DNA of 64,000 nt from an uncultured Gemmatimonadaceae bacterium (GTDB taxonomy: Bacteria > Gemmatimonadota > Gemmatimonadetes > Gemmatimonadales > Gemmatimonadaceae). The stretch is from NCBI GenBank assembly GCA_963829055.1, contig CAWHHI010000009.1, positions 128,001-192,000 on the forward strand. Reading direction: 5' to 3'. Below the pieces are notes generated by a model that was given only the letters and a program-made list of their open reading frames with translations, ran no database searches and was not told where the DNA came from. The stretch's first letter is position 1; each line of letters starts with the position of its first letter. Positions 21,188-32,545 of the stretch are shown one piece after another. The translations under genes were made by a program, and so were the position numbers.

Positions 21188-24100
21188 ATGAGCGCCGTAC
21201 TGCCGACCCAACTGCAGAAGACGCTCGGCGACGCGTACCGACTGGAGCGCGAGCTCGGGGGCGGCGGCATGAGCCGCGTCTTCGTCGCGGAAGAGGTGCG
21301 GCTCGAGCGAAAGGTCGTGGTAAAAGTGCTGTCGCCGGATCTGGCGCAGGGGCTGAGCGCCGAGCGGTTCGAGCGCGAGATCAGAACGGTCGCGGGCCTC
21401 CAGCAGGCGAACATCGTCCCGGTGCTCACCGCGGGCGAGACGGACGGGCTCCCGTTCTACACGATGCCGTTCGTCGAAGGCGAATCGCTCCGCGCGCACC
21501 TCGCCCGGGGTCCGCTCGCCATCGGCGAGGTCGTCAGCGTGCTGAAGGACGTGACGAAGGCGCTCGCGTACGCGCACCAGCGCGGCGTGGTCCACCGCGA
21601 CATCAAGCCCGACAACGTGCTGCTCTCGGGCGGCACGGCGGTCGTGACCGATTTCGGAATTGCCAAGGCGATCGCGCCGCGAAGCAAGGCGTTGGTCCTG
21701 ACGGGACTCCCGACGGGCGTACTGACGCAGCTCGGCACATCGATCGGCACGCCGGCGTACATGGCGCCGGAGCAGGCCGCGGGTGACGCCGAACGTCGAT
21801 CATCGCGCCGACATCTACGCACTCGGCGCGATGGCGTACGAGCTCCTCTCGGGCCATCTCGTTTTTCCTGACCGAACGCCGCAGCGCATGCTCGCCGCCC
21901 ACATGAGCGAGCAGCCGCGCGCCGATCGCGACGCTCCGCGCCGACGTGCCCGCGCCGCTCGCGGAGCTCGTGATGCGCTGCCTGGCCAAGGATCCGTCGG
22001 ACCGGCCGCAGTCGGCGAGCGACATCGTGCGTGCGCTGGACGACGATGTCGAGCGGAGGCGGGACGCAGGCGATGCCGCCGATCCTGCTCGGCGGTCCGG
22101 GAATGTTTGCGAAGGCGCTCGCGATCTACGCGGCGGCGTTCGTGGTGGTGGCCGATCGTCGCGAAGGCGGCGATCGTCGGTATCGGACTGCCCGACTGGG
22201 TGTTCCCCGGCTCGCTCTTCGTGATGGCGCTCGGACTGCCCGTGGTGCTGTGGACCGGGTACGTGCAGCGGGTCACGCGACGCGCGATGACGGCGACGCC
22301 GACGTACACGCCGGGCGGTACGCCGTCGACGACGCACGGCACGATGGCGAACATCGCGCTCAAGGCCGCGCCGCACGTGAGCTGGTACCGCACGGCGCGG
22401 GGCGGGATGTACGCGGTGGGCGCGTTCGTCCTGATGATCGCCGCGTTCATGATACTGCGCGCGTTAGGCATCGGGCCGTTCGGCTCACTGCTCGCGGCGG
22501 GCCGGCTGAACCGGCGCGATCGGATTCTGCTCACCGACTTCCGCACGACGAACGTCGACTCCGCGCTCGGTCGCGTGGTGAGCGACGCGGTTCGCGCCGG
22601 GCTCGTCGGGATCGTCCGCGTTCACGCTCGTGCAGCCCGCGCAGATCGTGTCGGCGCTCACGCTCATGAAGCGTGCGCCGGGCACGCGCGTCGACTCCGG
22701 CGTCGCTCGGGAGATCGCCCAGCGCGAGGGGATGAAGGCCATCATCGATGGCGACGTCACGGGCGTGCCGGGCGGCTACATCGTCGCGATCCGCCTCGTG
22801 CGCGCCGATTCCGGCATCGAGCTCGCGTCGTTTCGCGAAACGGGCGACGGGCCGCGAGGGCTGATCGACGCGGCCGACAAGCTCGCGCGCGCGCTGCGGA
22901 GCAAGGCGGGTGAGTCGCTGCGCGCCGTGAACGCGACGCCATCACTCGCCGCAGGCCACCACGAGCTCTCTCGACGCGCTCCGAAAGTACAGTGAGGCCG
23001 TGAGGCTCAACTCCCTCGGCGACGTCGCGAGCGGTCGCGGTCGCGCGCGAGGCCGTCGCGCTCGATTCCACGTTCGCGTCGGCGTGGAGCCTGCTCGGCG
23101 CGACGTTGTCGAACAACGGGCGCAGCCCGCTCGTCCATCGACTCGGCGCTCACACAGGCGTATCGGTACCGGGAGCGACTTCCAGCCGGCGAGCGCGACA
23201 GGGTCACCGCGCGGTACTTCGCTCTGGGCCCTGGGCGAGACCGCGCGAAGGCGATCGCCGCCTACGAGGCCATCCTCCAGCGCGGCGACAGCAATCCGGG
23301 CGTGATGGTCAACCTCGGCGAGCAGCTTCGAAGCCGCCGGGAGTACGCGCGCGCGGAGTCGCTGAACATCGCCGCTGCGAGTCGCGATCCGGGCTCTGCG
23401 AGCGCGCTCGGGAACGCCATCGAATTGCAGATCGACCAGGGGAAGTTCGACGACGCCGCAGCGACGATCGCCCGGCTCGAGCAATTATCGCGGGGGTATG
23501 GCGTAGCCCGCCGGATGTCCCTGGCGTTCGCGCGAGGAGACTACCGGACATTTCGATCGCTCACCGATAGCACGATGGGCGCAGGGCCCGAGGCGCGAGC
23601 GCGCATCGGGTTGGGCGGAGCCCGGTCCCTGGCGCGCCTCGAGGGACGGCTACGCGACTATGCGGTGCTCACGAAGGAAGACAGCGCCGGTTGGCGGAGC
23701 GCACGAGCCGGATGGGAAGGTTCGCGAGATCTCGATCGAGATGGTGATCAAGGGCCCATCGGCCGCCGGGGTCGCGGGGCTCGACAGCGCAATCGCGCGC
23801 GTGCCGTTTCGCGAGCTGCCGATGATCGACCGTCCGTATCTCTCGTCGGCGACCGCGCTCGCGCGCGCCGGCAACGCGGCCAAGGCGCGCGCAATGCTCG
23901 CCCGCTATCGAACCGAGATGACGGACACGTCGATCCGCCGCGAGCAGGAGCCGGAGCTGCATCGCACGCTGGCCGAGATCGCGCTCGCCGAGGGGAAGCC
24001 GCGCGACGCATTGGATGAGTTTCGACGCGGCGACGTGACGTACGACGGAGCGCCCGCGGACGAATGCGGCGCGTGCCTGGCGCTCGACCTCGCGCGCGCC

Positions 24101-24388
24101 TACGACGCCGCGGGAAAACCTGACTCCGCGGCCGCGTATTTCGAGAAGTATCTGGCGACGCCGTACTGGCTCAAGGCGGACCCGGACATGGATCCGGTCC
24201 GGCTGCCGGCGATTCGCGAGCGGCTGGGCCAGTTGTACGAGTCGCTGGGCAATACGCAGAAGGCGGCCGATGAGTACCGCGCATTCATCGAGCTCTGGAA
24301 GAACGCGGACCCGGAGCTTCAGCCGCGCGTCGCCGATGCACGGCAGCGGCTTGCGAAGCTGACGCCGGTAGAGAAGCCGCGGCCCTGA
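21188..24388 (+). CDS. Hanks-type Ser/Thr kinase with TM segments and TPR C-terminus; many frameshifts
   Basis: GGGGMSRV, VVVK, HRDIKPDN, DFG, YMAPE. Later pieces (GLPDWVFPG TM region, TPR-like helices, ELWKNADPELQP) lie in successive frames. Confidence 0.85.
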
Positions 24389-24424
24389 TCAGGTGCTCAG
24401 TCAGAACCGAGGAGCGCAAACGAA

Positions 24425-25345
24425 ATGACGACGCGCAGAGAAGCCATTGGCATCCTTGGATCGATCTCGGTCGGATCGCTGTTGGCAGTACCGAAGCTCG
24501 GACTCGCGTCATTGATCGCGCCGCAATCGGGCGCGTCATCGTTACAGCGCGATTCCACGCCGCCGCTCGCGCCGGGCGCGCCGACGTCCCCGGAGCGGCT
24601 CGCGCTCATCGACGCCTTCAAGAAGTCGTCTGACGGAATCCCGCAGAAGTTCGAGGCGCGAACTCACAAGAGCGAGTGGACGATGCCGTACCGCCTGTTC
24701 CGGCCTAACGTGACCGGCAAGCTGCCGCTCGTGCTGTATCTGCACGGCAGCGGCGGATCCGGCGACGACAACCAGAAGCAGCTGGGACTCGGCAACATCT
24801 TCGGCACGCGCGTGTGGGCGCTTCCGGAAAACCAGAAGACGTTCCCGTGCTACGTCGTCGCCCCGCAGACCGACCGGGGCTGGATGAACTACGGCCCACC
24901 CAGCCCCGGCGACTCGGTGGCGAGGCTCATCCCCGGGTTGGGCGACGGCGCCCGCGTCGCGTTCGAGCTCGTGGACGCGCTGCGCAGGGAGCTCGACATC
25001 GACGAGCGGCGCATCTACATCACCGGACAGTCGATGGGCGGCGGCGGTGTGTGGCACATGACCGCGCATCGCCCGCGCTTTTTCGCCGCGGCGGTCACCT
25101 GCTGCGGCAGTGCGACGCGCGAGGACGCCACGCAATCAGCCGCGACGCCGGTGTGGAACTTCCACGGCGACGCCGACAAGACCGTTCCTCTCGCCGTGTC
25201 GCGCGACCGCATCGCCGCACTGAAGAAGGCGGGCAGCCACCCACTGCACACGGAGTACGCCGGCGTCGGCCACAACTCCTGGGAGTGGGCGTACACCGAG
25301 CCAGCGCTGGTCAGATGGATGTTCTCCAACCGCCGGCCAGCCTGA
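24425..25345 (+). CDS. Tat-exported alpha/beta hydrolase (predicted esterase/peptidase)
   Basis: TRREAIG twin-arginine signal; LVLYLHGSG, GQSMGG, FHGDAD, GVGH. Confidence 0.85.
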   Translation: MTTRREAIGILGSISVGSLLAVPKLGLASLIAPQSGASSLQRDSTPPLAPGAPTSPERLALIDAFKKSSDGIPQKFEARTHKSEWTMPYRLFRPNVTGKLPLVLYLHGSGGSGDDNQKQLGLGNIFGTRVWALPENQKTFPCYVVAPQTDRGWMNYGPPSPGDSVARLIPGLGDGARVAFELVDALRRELDIDERRIYITGQSMGGGGVWHMTAHRPRFFAAAVTCCGSATREDATQSAATPVWNFHGDADKTVPLAVSRDRIAALKKAGSHPLHTEYAGVGHNSWEWAYTEPALVRWMFSNRRPA

Positions 25346-25406
25346 TCGCGCGACGAGCATAACGCGCGATCGGCGTCGCGTGCGATCGGCCGAACGCAGG
25401 CCATGC

Positions 25407-26258
25407 CTAACGCGGACGACGCTCCGCCACGACGATCCGCATGATTCGCCCCGCTCGCGTGTTCACCGTGCCCGTCGCGTAACGCCTCGCCCAATCCTCG
25501 ACGCCGGAATCATCGGCCACCTGGAACCCGGCGGCGCGGAGGTCCGCCGCCATCTCCTCGGCTGACCACTTGCTCTTCGCCGGCTCGCCCAGCAGACGCA
25601 GCAGCAATGCCGCGAAGCCCCGCCGCATTTCCGTATGGTAGTTCACGATCAGCGTCGACCCCTCGGCGCTTCGCGACGCGACATTGGCGAGCGTCGACTT
25701 CATCGCGTCGTGCGTGAGATACATGACGACGCCTTCCCAGATCCAGCACGTTGGACGCGCCGCATCGTGGCCGGCACGCGCGAGCGCGGTGTCCAGCGAC
25801 TCACGCTCGAAGTCCACCGGCACGAACGTCACCTCGGCGATCGCGTGCGGAAGCCTGTCGAGATGCGCGCGCTTCACCGCCTGCGTCGCGGGGTGATCGA
25901 CCTCGAACACGCGGACGCCCGCGAGCTCGCTCATACGCCAGGCACGCCCGTCCAATCCCGCGCCGAGGATGACCAGCTGCGCCGTACCGCGTGTAACTGC
26001 CGCCTGCACGGCTGCATCAATGGTTGCCGTCCGCAGGGCCATCATGTCCGCCGATACACGCGCGGCCGCGAGCGTCACGCTCTCGCGACCGCTCCGTACC
26101 TGCTGCTCGATCTTCTCCAGTCGCCTTAGCCACTTCGCGTTCAGAAAGACCCGCGCGGTGGGATCGCGGAAATCGCGCACGTGCGACGCGCCCACATCCG
26201 CGACGGCGCGCATGTAGGCGACCATCATCGCAGTCCTGCTGGCGCGCTCCGCGATCAC
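25407..26258 (-). CDS. SAM-dependent methyltransferase (leucine carboxyl methyltransferase-like)
   Basis: SRTAMMVAYMRA, QLVILGAGLDGRAWR, FEVDHP, VPVDFE, WEGVVMYL. Confidence 0.9.
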   Translation of the reverse strand: MIAERASRTAMMVAYMRAVADVGASHVRDFRDPTARVFLNAKWLRRLEKIEQQVRSGRESVTLAAARVSADMMALRTATIDAAVQAAVTRGTAQLVILGAGLDGRAWRMSELAGVRVFEVDHPATQAVKRAHLDRLPHAIAEVTFVPVDFERESLDTALARAGHDAARPTCWIWEGVVMYLTHDAMKSTLANVASRSAEGSTLIVNYHTEMRRGFAALLLRLLGEPAKSKWSAEEMAADLRAAGFQVADDSGVEDWARRYATGTVNTRAGRIMRIVVAERRPR

Positions 26259-26265
26259 GGTCGGA

Positions 26266-27564
26266 TCACTGCTCAGCCTCCGGAGCGGCCGTGACCACAC
26301 TTGGTCCGCGCATCGTGGCCGATGAGAACACGAACAACGCGGCGGCCGAGAGTCCGAGGACGAACATCGTCGTCCATGTCGTTGGCGCCCCGACGCGGTC
26401 GAGCAGGAACGCGCCGAGCCACGGGCCGACGATCAGCGCCAACGACATGGAGCTGCTGAACATGCCCATGTACTCGCCCGTCTTTCCGGGCGGCGCCAGC
26501 GCGGCCACGTAGGCGACGCTCGTCGGGAAGAAGATCATCTCCCCGAACGTCCAGATGATGACGGTGATCGCGATCGGGATCGTGGTGGTGGCTATCGCGA
26601 GTCCGCCGAATCCGACGGCGAACAGTCCCGTCGCGAGCGCGATGGCGATGCGCGTCGTCCAGTGCGACATCGCGATGTTGAGCGGAACCTCGATCGCGAC
26701 GATGACGAGCGTGTTCAGCACGAACAGCCCGCCGTAAAACGACTCGCGGTAGTGCAGGTCGCGCACGAGGTACAGCGGCATCGCGCCCTGGTGCTGCGAG
26801 AACACGATGTTCACCAGAAACGCCGTCGCGAAGAACAGCATCGCGGTGCGGTCGTGCCAGACGAGCGATGGCGCGAAGCGACCCTGTTTATTCGTCGGAT
26901 GCTCGGCGCTGTGCGCACGCGGTGGGGCGAGCAGGTGGCGGTTCCTCGAGAGCAGCACCGTGAGAACGGTGGCCGCGGCCAGGGACGTGAGCCCGTCCAC
27001 GACGAAGAGCAGCGGGAACGACACGACGGCGAGAAACCCGCCCACGGCCGGTCCGATGCTCATGCCGAGATTGACCGCGAGTCGATTCACGGCGATCGCG
27101 GCCTTTCGGCGATCGGGCGTCGTCGATCCGGTAAGAATGGACATCGTCGCCGGACGAGCGGCATCGGCGACCACCGCCCAGAGAAACGTGAGTCCGACGA
27201 CGACGATGAAGTCCTTCGCGAGCGGTATGATGAGCAGGACGACGCCTGTGAGCGCGAGCGACGCCCGGAGGACGACGAAGGGCCCCACGCGGTCCGCGAG
27301 CCGCCCGGCGATCGGCGCGGTGACGAGTCCGCCGACGCCGTACGCGCTGACGGCGAGCCCGGCGACCGATGCGGAGATCCCCAGGTATCTCGTGAGATAG
27401 AGCACGAGAAACGGCACGGCCATCATCCCCGCGCGATTGACGAACGTCGTCGCGGCAATGATCCAGACTTCGGCCGGGAGTCCGCGAAGACCGCGGTACG
27501 GATTCGGGAGTGCCAGGGTCAGCCTAACGCCGTGAGTCCGGAAGGAGTGTGCCCACGCCATCAC
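26266..27564 (-). CDS. MFS transporter
   Basis: About 12 hydrophobic segments; motif A GRLADRVGP; NLGMSIGPAVGG. Confidence 0.9.
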   Translation of the reverse strand: MMAWAHSFRTHGVRLTLALPNPYRGLRGLPAEVWIIAATTFVNRAGMMAVPFLVLYLTRYLGISASVAGLAVSAYGVGGLVTAPIAGRLADRVGPFVVLRASLALTGVVLLIIPLAKDFIVVVGLTFLWAVVADAARPATMSILTGSTTPDRRKAAIAVNRLAVNLGMSIGPAVGGFLAVVSFPLLFVVDGLTSLAAATVLTVLLSRNRHLLAPPRAHSAEHPTNKQGRFAPSLVWHDRTAMLFFATAFLVNIVFSQHQGAMPLYLVRDLHYRESFYGGLFVLNTLVIVAIEVPLNIAMSHWTTRIAIALATGLFAVGFGGLAIATTTIPIAITVIIWTFGEMIFFPTSVAYVAALAPPGKTGEYMGMFSSSMSLALIVGPWLGAFLLDRVGAPTTWTTMFVLGLSAAALFVFSSATMRGPSVVTAAPEAEQ

Positions 27565-27670
27565 TCGCTGCCGGCGACGGGAGGCCGAGACTCGTCGTTG
27601 GTCTCAACGTCCAAGATCTCGATGGTGCTGCTGGCAATCAAGCGTGGCGAATCACTCCACCACGCCGCCA

Positions 27671-30349
27671 CTACTCCGTGGCGAGGGCACGCGCGGGCGT
27701 CACGCGCATCGCGCGCCGCGCCGGAACGAAGGTGGCGACCAACGCGACGCCAAGCAACGTCGCCACGACCATCAACAGGGTCGCCGGGTCCTGCGTCGCC
27801 ACGCCGTACAGCTGATCGCGCAGGAGGCGCGCGGTCCCCAGCGAGAGCAGGCTCCCCACCAGCGCGCCCCACACGATCGGCCTCAGCCCTCGGCTCAGCA
27901 CGAGGCGCCAGATGTCGCCCGGTGTTGCCCCGAGTGCCATCCGGACGCCGATCTCTCGAGTCCGTTGGCTCACGAAATAGCCGACCACGCTGTAGACCCC
28001 GACGCTCGCCAGCGCTAGCGCCAGCACACCGAGCGTCGTGAGCAACAGCGTGTTGAACCGCGTGGTTGCCACGGATTTCGAGAGCACGTCTTCCATCGTG
28101 CTCTGGTCGACGAGCGGGAGCGACGGGTCGATTCGCATCACGGCCGCCTGCAGCGCGCGCGTCAGAGTCTCTGGCGGTGGCACTGTTCGCGCGACGAGGA
28201 CCAGCGAGCGCGATGTCGCGCGCCACATGCCTGGCGAGGTCTGCGTGAACGGCATGTACAGTGTTGGTGTCGCGGCCAGGTTCAACCCCGCGCTGTGCAC
28301 GTCCGCCACCACGCCGACGACTGTCATCCAGTTCGGCGTGTTGCGGTCGTCGCGCATGGCGTCGAACCGCTTGCCGACGGCTCGCTGGCCGGGCCACAGT
28401 GCCCGCGCCAGTGACGTGCTCACGATCGCGACCGGAATGGCGCCGGCGTCGTCCGTGCGCGCGAAGTCGCGTCCATCGAGGAGCGACATGCCCATCACCG
28501 CGAAGTAGTCCGGCGACGCGTACCGGATGTCCACGTCCACCTGTTCGTCCGGTAGTTGCTTCCCGTCCGGCAGGATGCGCGTGGAGAGGATGCCACCCGC
28601 CAGCGGCACCGCCGACACCAGCGCCGCGCGCTGAACGCCCGGGACTTCCGCAGCCGCGTCCCGGATCTGCTGGTACGTCTGCGTCGTGCGCGCCGCGTCG
28701 GCGTAGCGCACCGCGGGCAACACGAGACGTCCCGTCATGACGTGCGACGCCGTGAACCCTGGATCGACACGCTGCAGGTGCCACGCGGTCCGGATCAGGA
28801 GACCGGATCCAACGAGCAGCGTCATGGCCAGCGCCACCTCGGCCGCCACGAGCAGGGCGCGGAGCCCCTCGCGCGCCGCGCCGGCACTCGAACCGCGGGC
28901 GCCGTCACGCAGCGCTGATTGCAGCGCGGGGCTCGCGCTGCGGACCGCCGGCACGAGCCCGACGAGCACGCTGCTCACGAGCGCCACGCCTAACGTGAAC
29001 AGCAGGACGACGCCGTTCACCCGCGCCTGATCGACGCGCGGCACGTCCTCCGGCGCGAGCGCGACGAGCCCTTTCACCAGACCGAACGCGACGATCACAC
29101 CGAGCACGGCGCCGCCGAGTGCGAGGACGAGACTCTCGACGAGCAGTTGACGGACGATGCGGCCGCGCCCGGCACCTAACGCCGCACGGATCGCCAGCTC
29201 GCGCGACCGGACGGTGCCGCGCGCCAGCAGGAGATTCGCGACGTTCACGCAGGCGATGAGCAGCACGAACCCCACGGCGCCGGACAGCACGAGCAGTCGT
29301 TCGCGGAAGCCGCCCACCACGCCGTCGATGTAGCGTCGCACCACGGCGCCCATCGCGGGCGAGGCGCCGGGCGTCCGCGCCGCCACGAGCTGAATGGCGG
29401 CGCGTGCCGCGTCGGTGGCCTGGGCGAGCGTCACGCCTGGCGCCAGGCGCGCCGTCAGGCGCAGCCAACGCCCGCCTTCCGTGGTCAACTGCTGGGTGGT
29501 CAGCCGTCTCGGCGCCCACAGATCGTTGTCGGTACCCGTCGCGTCGAACGCCGCGGGCATCACGCCGATCACCGTGTACTGCTCGTCATTGAGTCGGATC
29601 GTGCGTCCGACGACGGACGTGTCCGAGTTGAAGTGACGTGTCCAGAGCCGGTGGCTCATGAGCACGACATGCGGCGCCCCCGGCACATCGTCGCTCGGAA
29701 GGAAGCCGCGACCGAGCACCGGAGGGACGCCAATCACGCGAAAGAAGTCGCCGGTGACGAGAACGCCATTGACGAGCTGCGGCGCTCCCATCCCGGTGAG
29801 CGTGAACCCTCCACCGCCACTGGCGGCGGCGACGTACGCGAACGCGTCGCGCCGATCACGGAGCGCCGCGAACTCCGCGCCTGACGCGATCTCTTCGATT
29901 ACGCCGCGCCGCGTCGGCTGCACCTGAACGACGCGATCCGCGTCGGCGAACGGCAGCGGATGCAGCACGACGGCGTAGAGCACACTGAACACCGCCGCCG
30001 TGGCCCCAATGCCAAGTGCCAGCGTGAGCGTTGCGGTGGCGGTGAAGCCGCGCGCACGGCGAAGCTGACGCAGCGCGAACGTGAAATCCTGCTTCAACTC
30101 GCTGAGGTACTCCGCGCGTGACCGGTTGCGGTCGCGTTGCCGCCCATAGTGACGGCACTCCGCAGCGACGACGGCGAAGTCGCCGAAGCGTCGAACGGCC
30201 TCGGCCCGAGCATCGTTAGGCGCCATGCCGTCGGCGATCAGCATCTGGATCACCATGTCGACGTGGAACGCGAGCTCCGTGTCGACCTCCTCCTCGAGGC
30301 GCGGGCGCTTGAGGAAGGACCATGGCGAGCGGCGAGGGGCGCGGCTCAT
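27671..30349 (-). CDS. Duplicated MacB/FtsX-type permease (ADOP-like)
   Basis: TLALGIGATAAVFS, LLIACVNVANLLLAR, RELAIRAALGAGR, QRTREIGVRMALGA; no ATPase gene adjacent. Confidence 0.92.
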   Translation of the reverse strand: MSRAPRRSPWSFLKRPRLEEEVDTELAFHVDMVIQMLIADGMAPNDARAEAVRRFGDFAVVAAECRHYGRQRDRNRSRAEYLSELKQDFTFALRQLRRARGFTATATLTLALGIGATAAVFSVLYAVVLHPLPFADADRVVQVQPTRRGVIEEIASGAEFAALRDRRDAFAYVAAASGGGGFTLTGMGAPQLVNGVLVTGDFFRVIGVPPVLGRGFLPSDDVPGAPHVVLMSHRLWTRHFNSDTSVVGRTIRLNDEQYTVIGVMPAAFDATGTDNDLWAPRRLTTQQLTTEGGRWLRLTARLAPGVTLAQATDAARAAIQLVAARTPGASPAMGAVVRRYIDGVVGGFRERLLVLSGAVGFVLLIACVNVANLLLARGTVRSRELAIRAALGAGRGRIVRQLLVESLVLALGGAVLGVIVAFGLVKGLVALAPEDVPRVDQARVNGVVLLFTLGVALVSSVLVGLVPAVRSASPALQSALRDGARGSSAGAAREGLRALLVAAEVALAMTLLVGSGLLIRTAWHLQRVDPGFTASHVMTGRLVLPAVRYADAARTTQTYQQIRDAAAEVPGVQRAALVSAVPLAGGILSTRILPDGKQLPDEQVDVDIRYASPDYFAVMGMSLLDGRDFARTDDAGAIPVAIVSTSLARALWPGQRAVGKRFDAMRDDRNTPNWMTVVGVVADVHSAGLNLAATPTLYMPFTQTSPGMWRATSRSLVLVARTVPPPETLTRALQAAVMRIDPSLPLVDQSTMEDVLSKSVATTRFNTLLLTTLGVLALALASVGVYSVVGYFVSQRTREIGVRMALGATPGDIWRLVLSRGLRPIVWGALVGSLLSLGTARLLRDQLYGVATQDPATLLMVVATLLGVALVATFVPARRAMRVTPARALATE

Positions 30350-30358
30350 AGCGCTTCC

Positions 30359-30685
30359 TTACGCGGGGAGCAGCACGGGCGTAATCGCGGCGATGAACGT
30401 CGCGAGCTCGCGCGTCTCGGCGGTGAGATGTCTCCGTCCCTTGGGCGTGATCGCGTAGAACTTCGCGCGGCGCCCCTGGTCGGTGACGCCCCACTCGGCG
30501 TCGATCCACCCGTCGCGCTCCATACGGTAGAGGGCGGGGTAGAGCGAGCCTTCCTCGACGCGGACGACGTCGTCGGTCCGCTCGGCGATCCACCGCAGGA
30601 TGCCGAACCCGTGGCGCGGGGCGAGCGTCAGCGACTTGAGCACGAGTGCGTCGAGCGTGCCGTGCAAGCGGTCGGTAGCGGGCAT
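30359..30685 (-). CDS. PadR-family transcriptional regulator
   Basis: GTLDALVLKSL, HGFGI, EEGSLYPALYRME, RRAKFYAIT. Confidence 0.93.
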   Translation of the reverse strand: MPATDRLHGTLDALVLKSLTLAPRHGFGILRWIAERTDDVVRVEEGSLYPALYRMERDGWIDAEWGVTDQGRRAKFYAITPKGRRHLTAETRELATFIAAITPVLLPA

Positions 30686-30698
30686 TGATGGCAACTGT

Positions 30699-30712
30699 CC
30701 TAGATGTCTAGG
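30699..30712. promoter_or_regulatory. Putative PadR operator
   Basis: CCTAGA-TG-TCTAGG inverted repeat 13 bp before the PadR start; related to 45351-45367. Confidence 0.55.
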
Positions 30713-30766
30713 GTAGAGTTGCCTGCGCGCACGCTGCCTGTCAAGAGAATCACGCTGTTGACCATC

Positions 30767-31032
30767 CTGATGCCTGATACCTCGTACTGACGCGACTGAG
30801 TGCTGAACGACTGGCCATGCCGTGCATCCACTCGGCGGCCTGGCCAGTACCAAGTGCGTCAGCCACTGCTCAGTAGCGAGTTGTCAGGCATCAGGTCCCG
30901 TATCCGCCGGCTTGGGTCGCGCGCTTGGCGTCGCGCTTGAGTCGCGGCGGACTCCCGACTGGGCTCGGAGACTGATGCCTGACACCTCGTACTCAACGCT
31001 GGCGTGCTGAGTCACTGGCCAAGCCCTGCATC
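30767..31032. repeat. Three ~55-60 bp repeats in alternating orientation
   Basis: CTGATGCCTGA(T/C)ACCTCGTACT...ACTGGCCA at 30767 and 30972; inverted copy at 30841-30895. Confidence 0.75.
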
Positions 31033-31106
31033 GGACTTTCTGAGCATCGCGCAAACCAAACAGCCGGGAGTCCGTTCAATAGGTGGATATTCCGTAGCCC
31101 AGTCAT

Positions 31107-31835
31107 ATGTTCAGCCGGCCGAGCAGCTCGTCCGGCGCAGTGAAGGTCCGCGTTCTCGCGACCGACAACCCCAGGGTGCTTCCTCCGGAACTCCAGGCCC
31201 TACTGGATGGCACCGACGCCGCGTCTCGAGACGCGGCGTGGGCCGCGCTCGTGCGGTCACATAACGGCCTGCTCCTTCACGCCGTGCGTTCGGTCTTCCC
31301 GCAGCACGACGCCGCGATGGACGCGTACACGCTCGTGCTCGAACGACTGCGTGAGAACGACTTCCGCAGGCTGCGCACCTACGTCGCCGATGGCAGGAGC
31401 GCGTTCAGTACGTGGCTCGTGGTCGTCGCGCGCCGGTTGTGCCTCGACCACCACCGCCAACGCTACGGCCGCACGCCGCGCGGCGAACACGACGTTGCTG
31501 CCGCCGAGCAGCAGCGAGCTGCGCGACGACGCCTTCTCGATCTCACCGCGTCTCCGCTCGACGCGGCGGACATCGTCGACGACGCCAGCGGCTTGGCAGA
31601 CCGCGAGCTGAGATCGGCCGAGCTTCGTCACGCGCTCGACGTCGCACTTGCCGACCTGACGCCCGCCGACCGCGTCCTCCTCAGGATGCGTTTCGAGGAC
31701 GAGCTCTCCGCGCAGGAGATCGCGACGGCGCTGGGCTGGCCAACGCCGTTTCATGTGTATCGCCACCTCAACGCGCTTTACGCGGAGCTGCGCTGCCGAC
31801 TCGTCGCGCGCGGCGTGATGAGCAGCGCACCGTGA
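31107..31835 (+). CDS. ECF RNA polymerase sigma factor
   Basis: Region 2 (AWAALVRSH...FSTWLVVVARRLCLDHHR) and region 4 (LADLTPADRVLLRMRFEDELSAQEIA). Confidence 0.9.
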   Translation: MFSRPSSSSGAVKVRVLATDNPRVLPPELQALLDGTDAASRDAAWAALVRSHNGLLLHAVRSVFPQHDAAMDAYTLVLERLRENDFRRLRTYVADGRSAFSTWLVVVARRLCLDHHRQRYGRTPRGEHDVAAAEQQRAARRRLLDLTASPLDAADIVDDASGLADRELRSAELRHALDVALADLTPADRVLLRMRFEDELSAQEIATALGWPTPFHVYRHLNALYAELRCRLVARGVMSSAP

Positions 31836-31902
31836 GCGCGCGCGATCCTGCAAGAGGTGCTGGCGGGTCCGTTTCACAAAGCATCGAAACGGAGGTCCGC
31901 CG

Positions 31903-32545
31903 ATGACGGAGGTCCCAATGCCAGACGAGGACACAAACATCGCACATCTCAGCGCCGAGCGGCTGGCGTCGTACATCGACGGCAACCTGACCCCGGCCGA
32001 GCATAACGCGGCGCTCGCGCACTTCGACGACTGCGCGGACTGCCGGCGCGAGATGACCGATGCGCGTCGCGTCATTGCCCTCGCACCTCCGGCGCGTGTC
32101 GGAACCTGCGCGAGCCCCGACGGCCTCGCGGCGCGTGCGAGTCTGGGTCGCCGCAGCGCTCGCGGCGGTGGTCGTCTTCGCCGTCGTCCCGACTGTGCTG
32201 CGCAACAGGAGTGGCCCTGACGGCGCCACTCGCGGACCGGATCGCCTTCCTCAATCGGAGACTGTTTCCCAGTTGGCGACTGTAGCTCCGGTGGACGACG
32301 GTGCCATTACACCGGCAAGCGACTCGTTCGTGTGGCGGGCGGCGAGCGCGGACGCGGAATATCGGTTGCGGATCATGGACGCGACGGGCGGGATCGTGTG
32401 GAGCACGAGCACGGTCGACACTTCCGCTACGCTGCCCGCGAATCTGCGCCTGCCACAGGGGAGCGAGTACTTCTGGTCCGTGGACGCACTCCTCGCTGAC
32501 GGTCACTCGACGACGACGCGCGTTCATCACTTCACCATCCGGTGA
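31903..32545 (+). CDS. Zinc-finger (zf-HC2) anti-sigma factor with TM helix and extracytoplasmic beta domain; frameshift near 32070-32110
   Basis: HLSAERLASYIDG...HFDDCADC, then WVAAALAAVVVFAVV TM and FVWR...YRLRI...YFWSVDA. GGAGG RBS. Confidence 0.85.

Noticed and set aside
30767..31032. CRISPR array
   Set aside because: Only three degenerate units, alternating in orientation and irregularly spaced.
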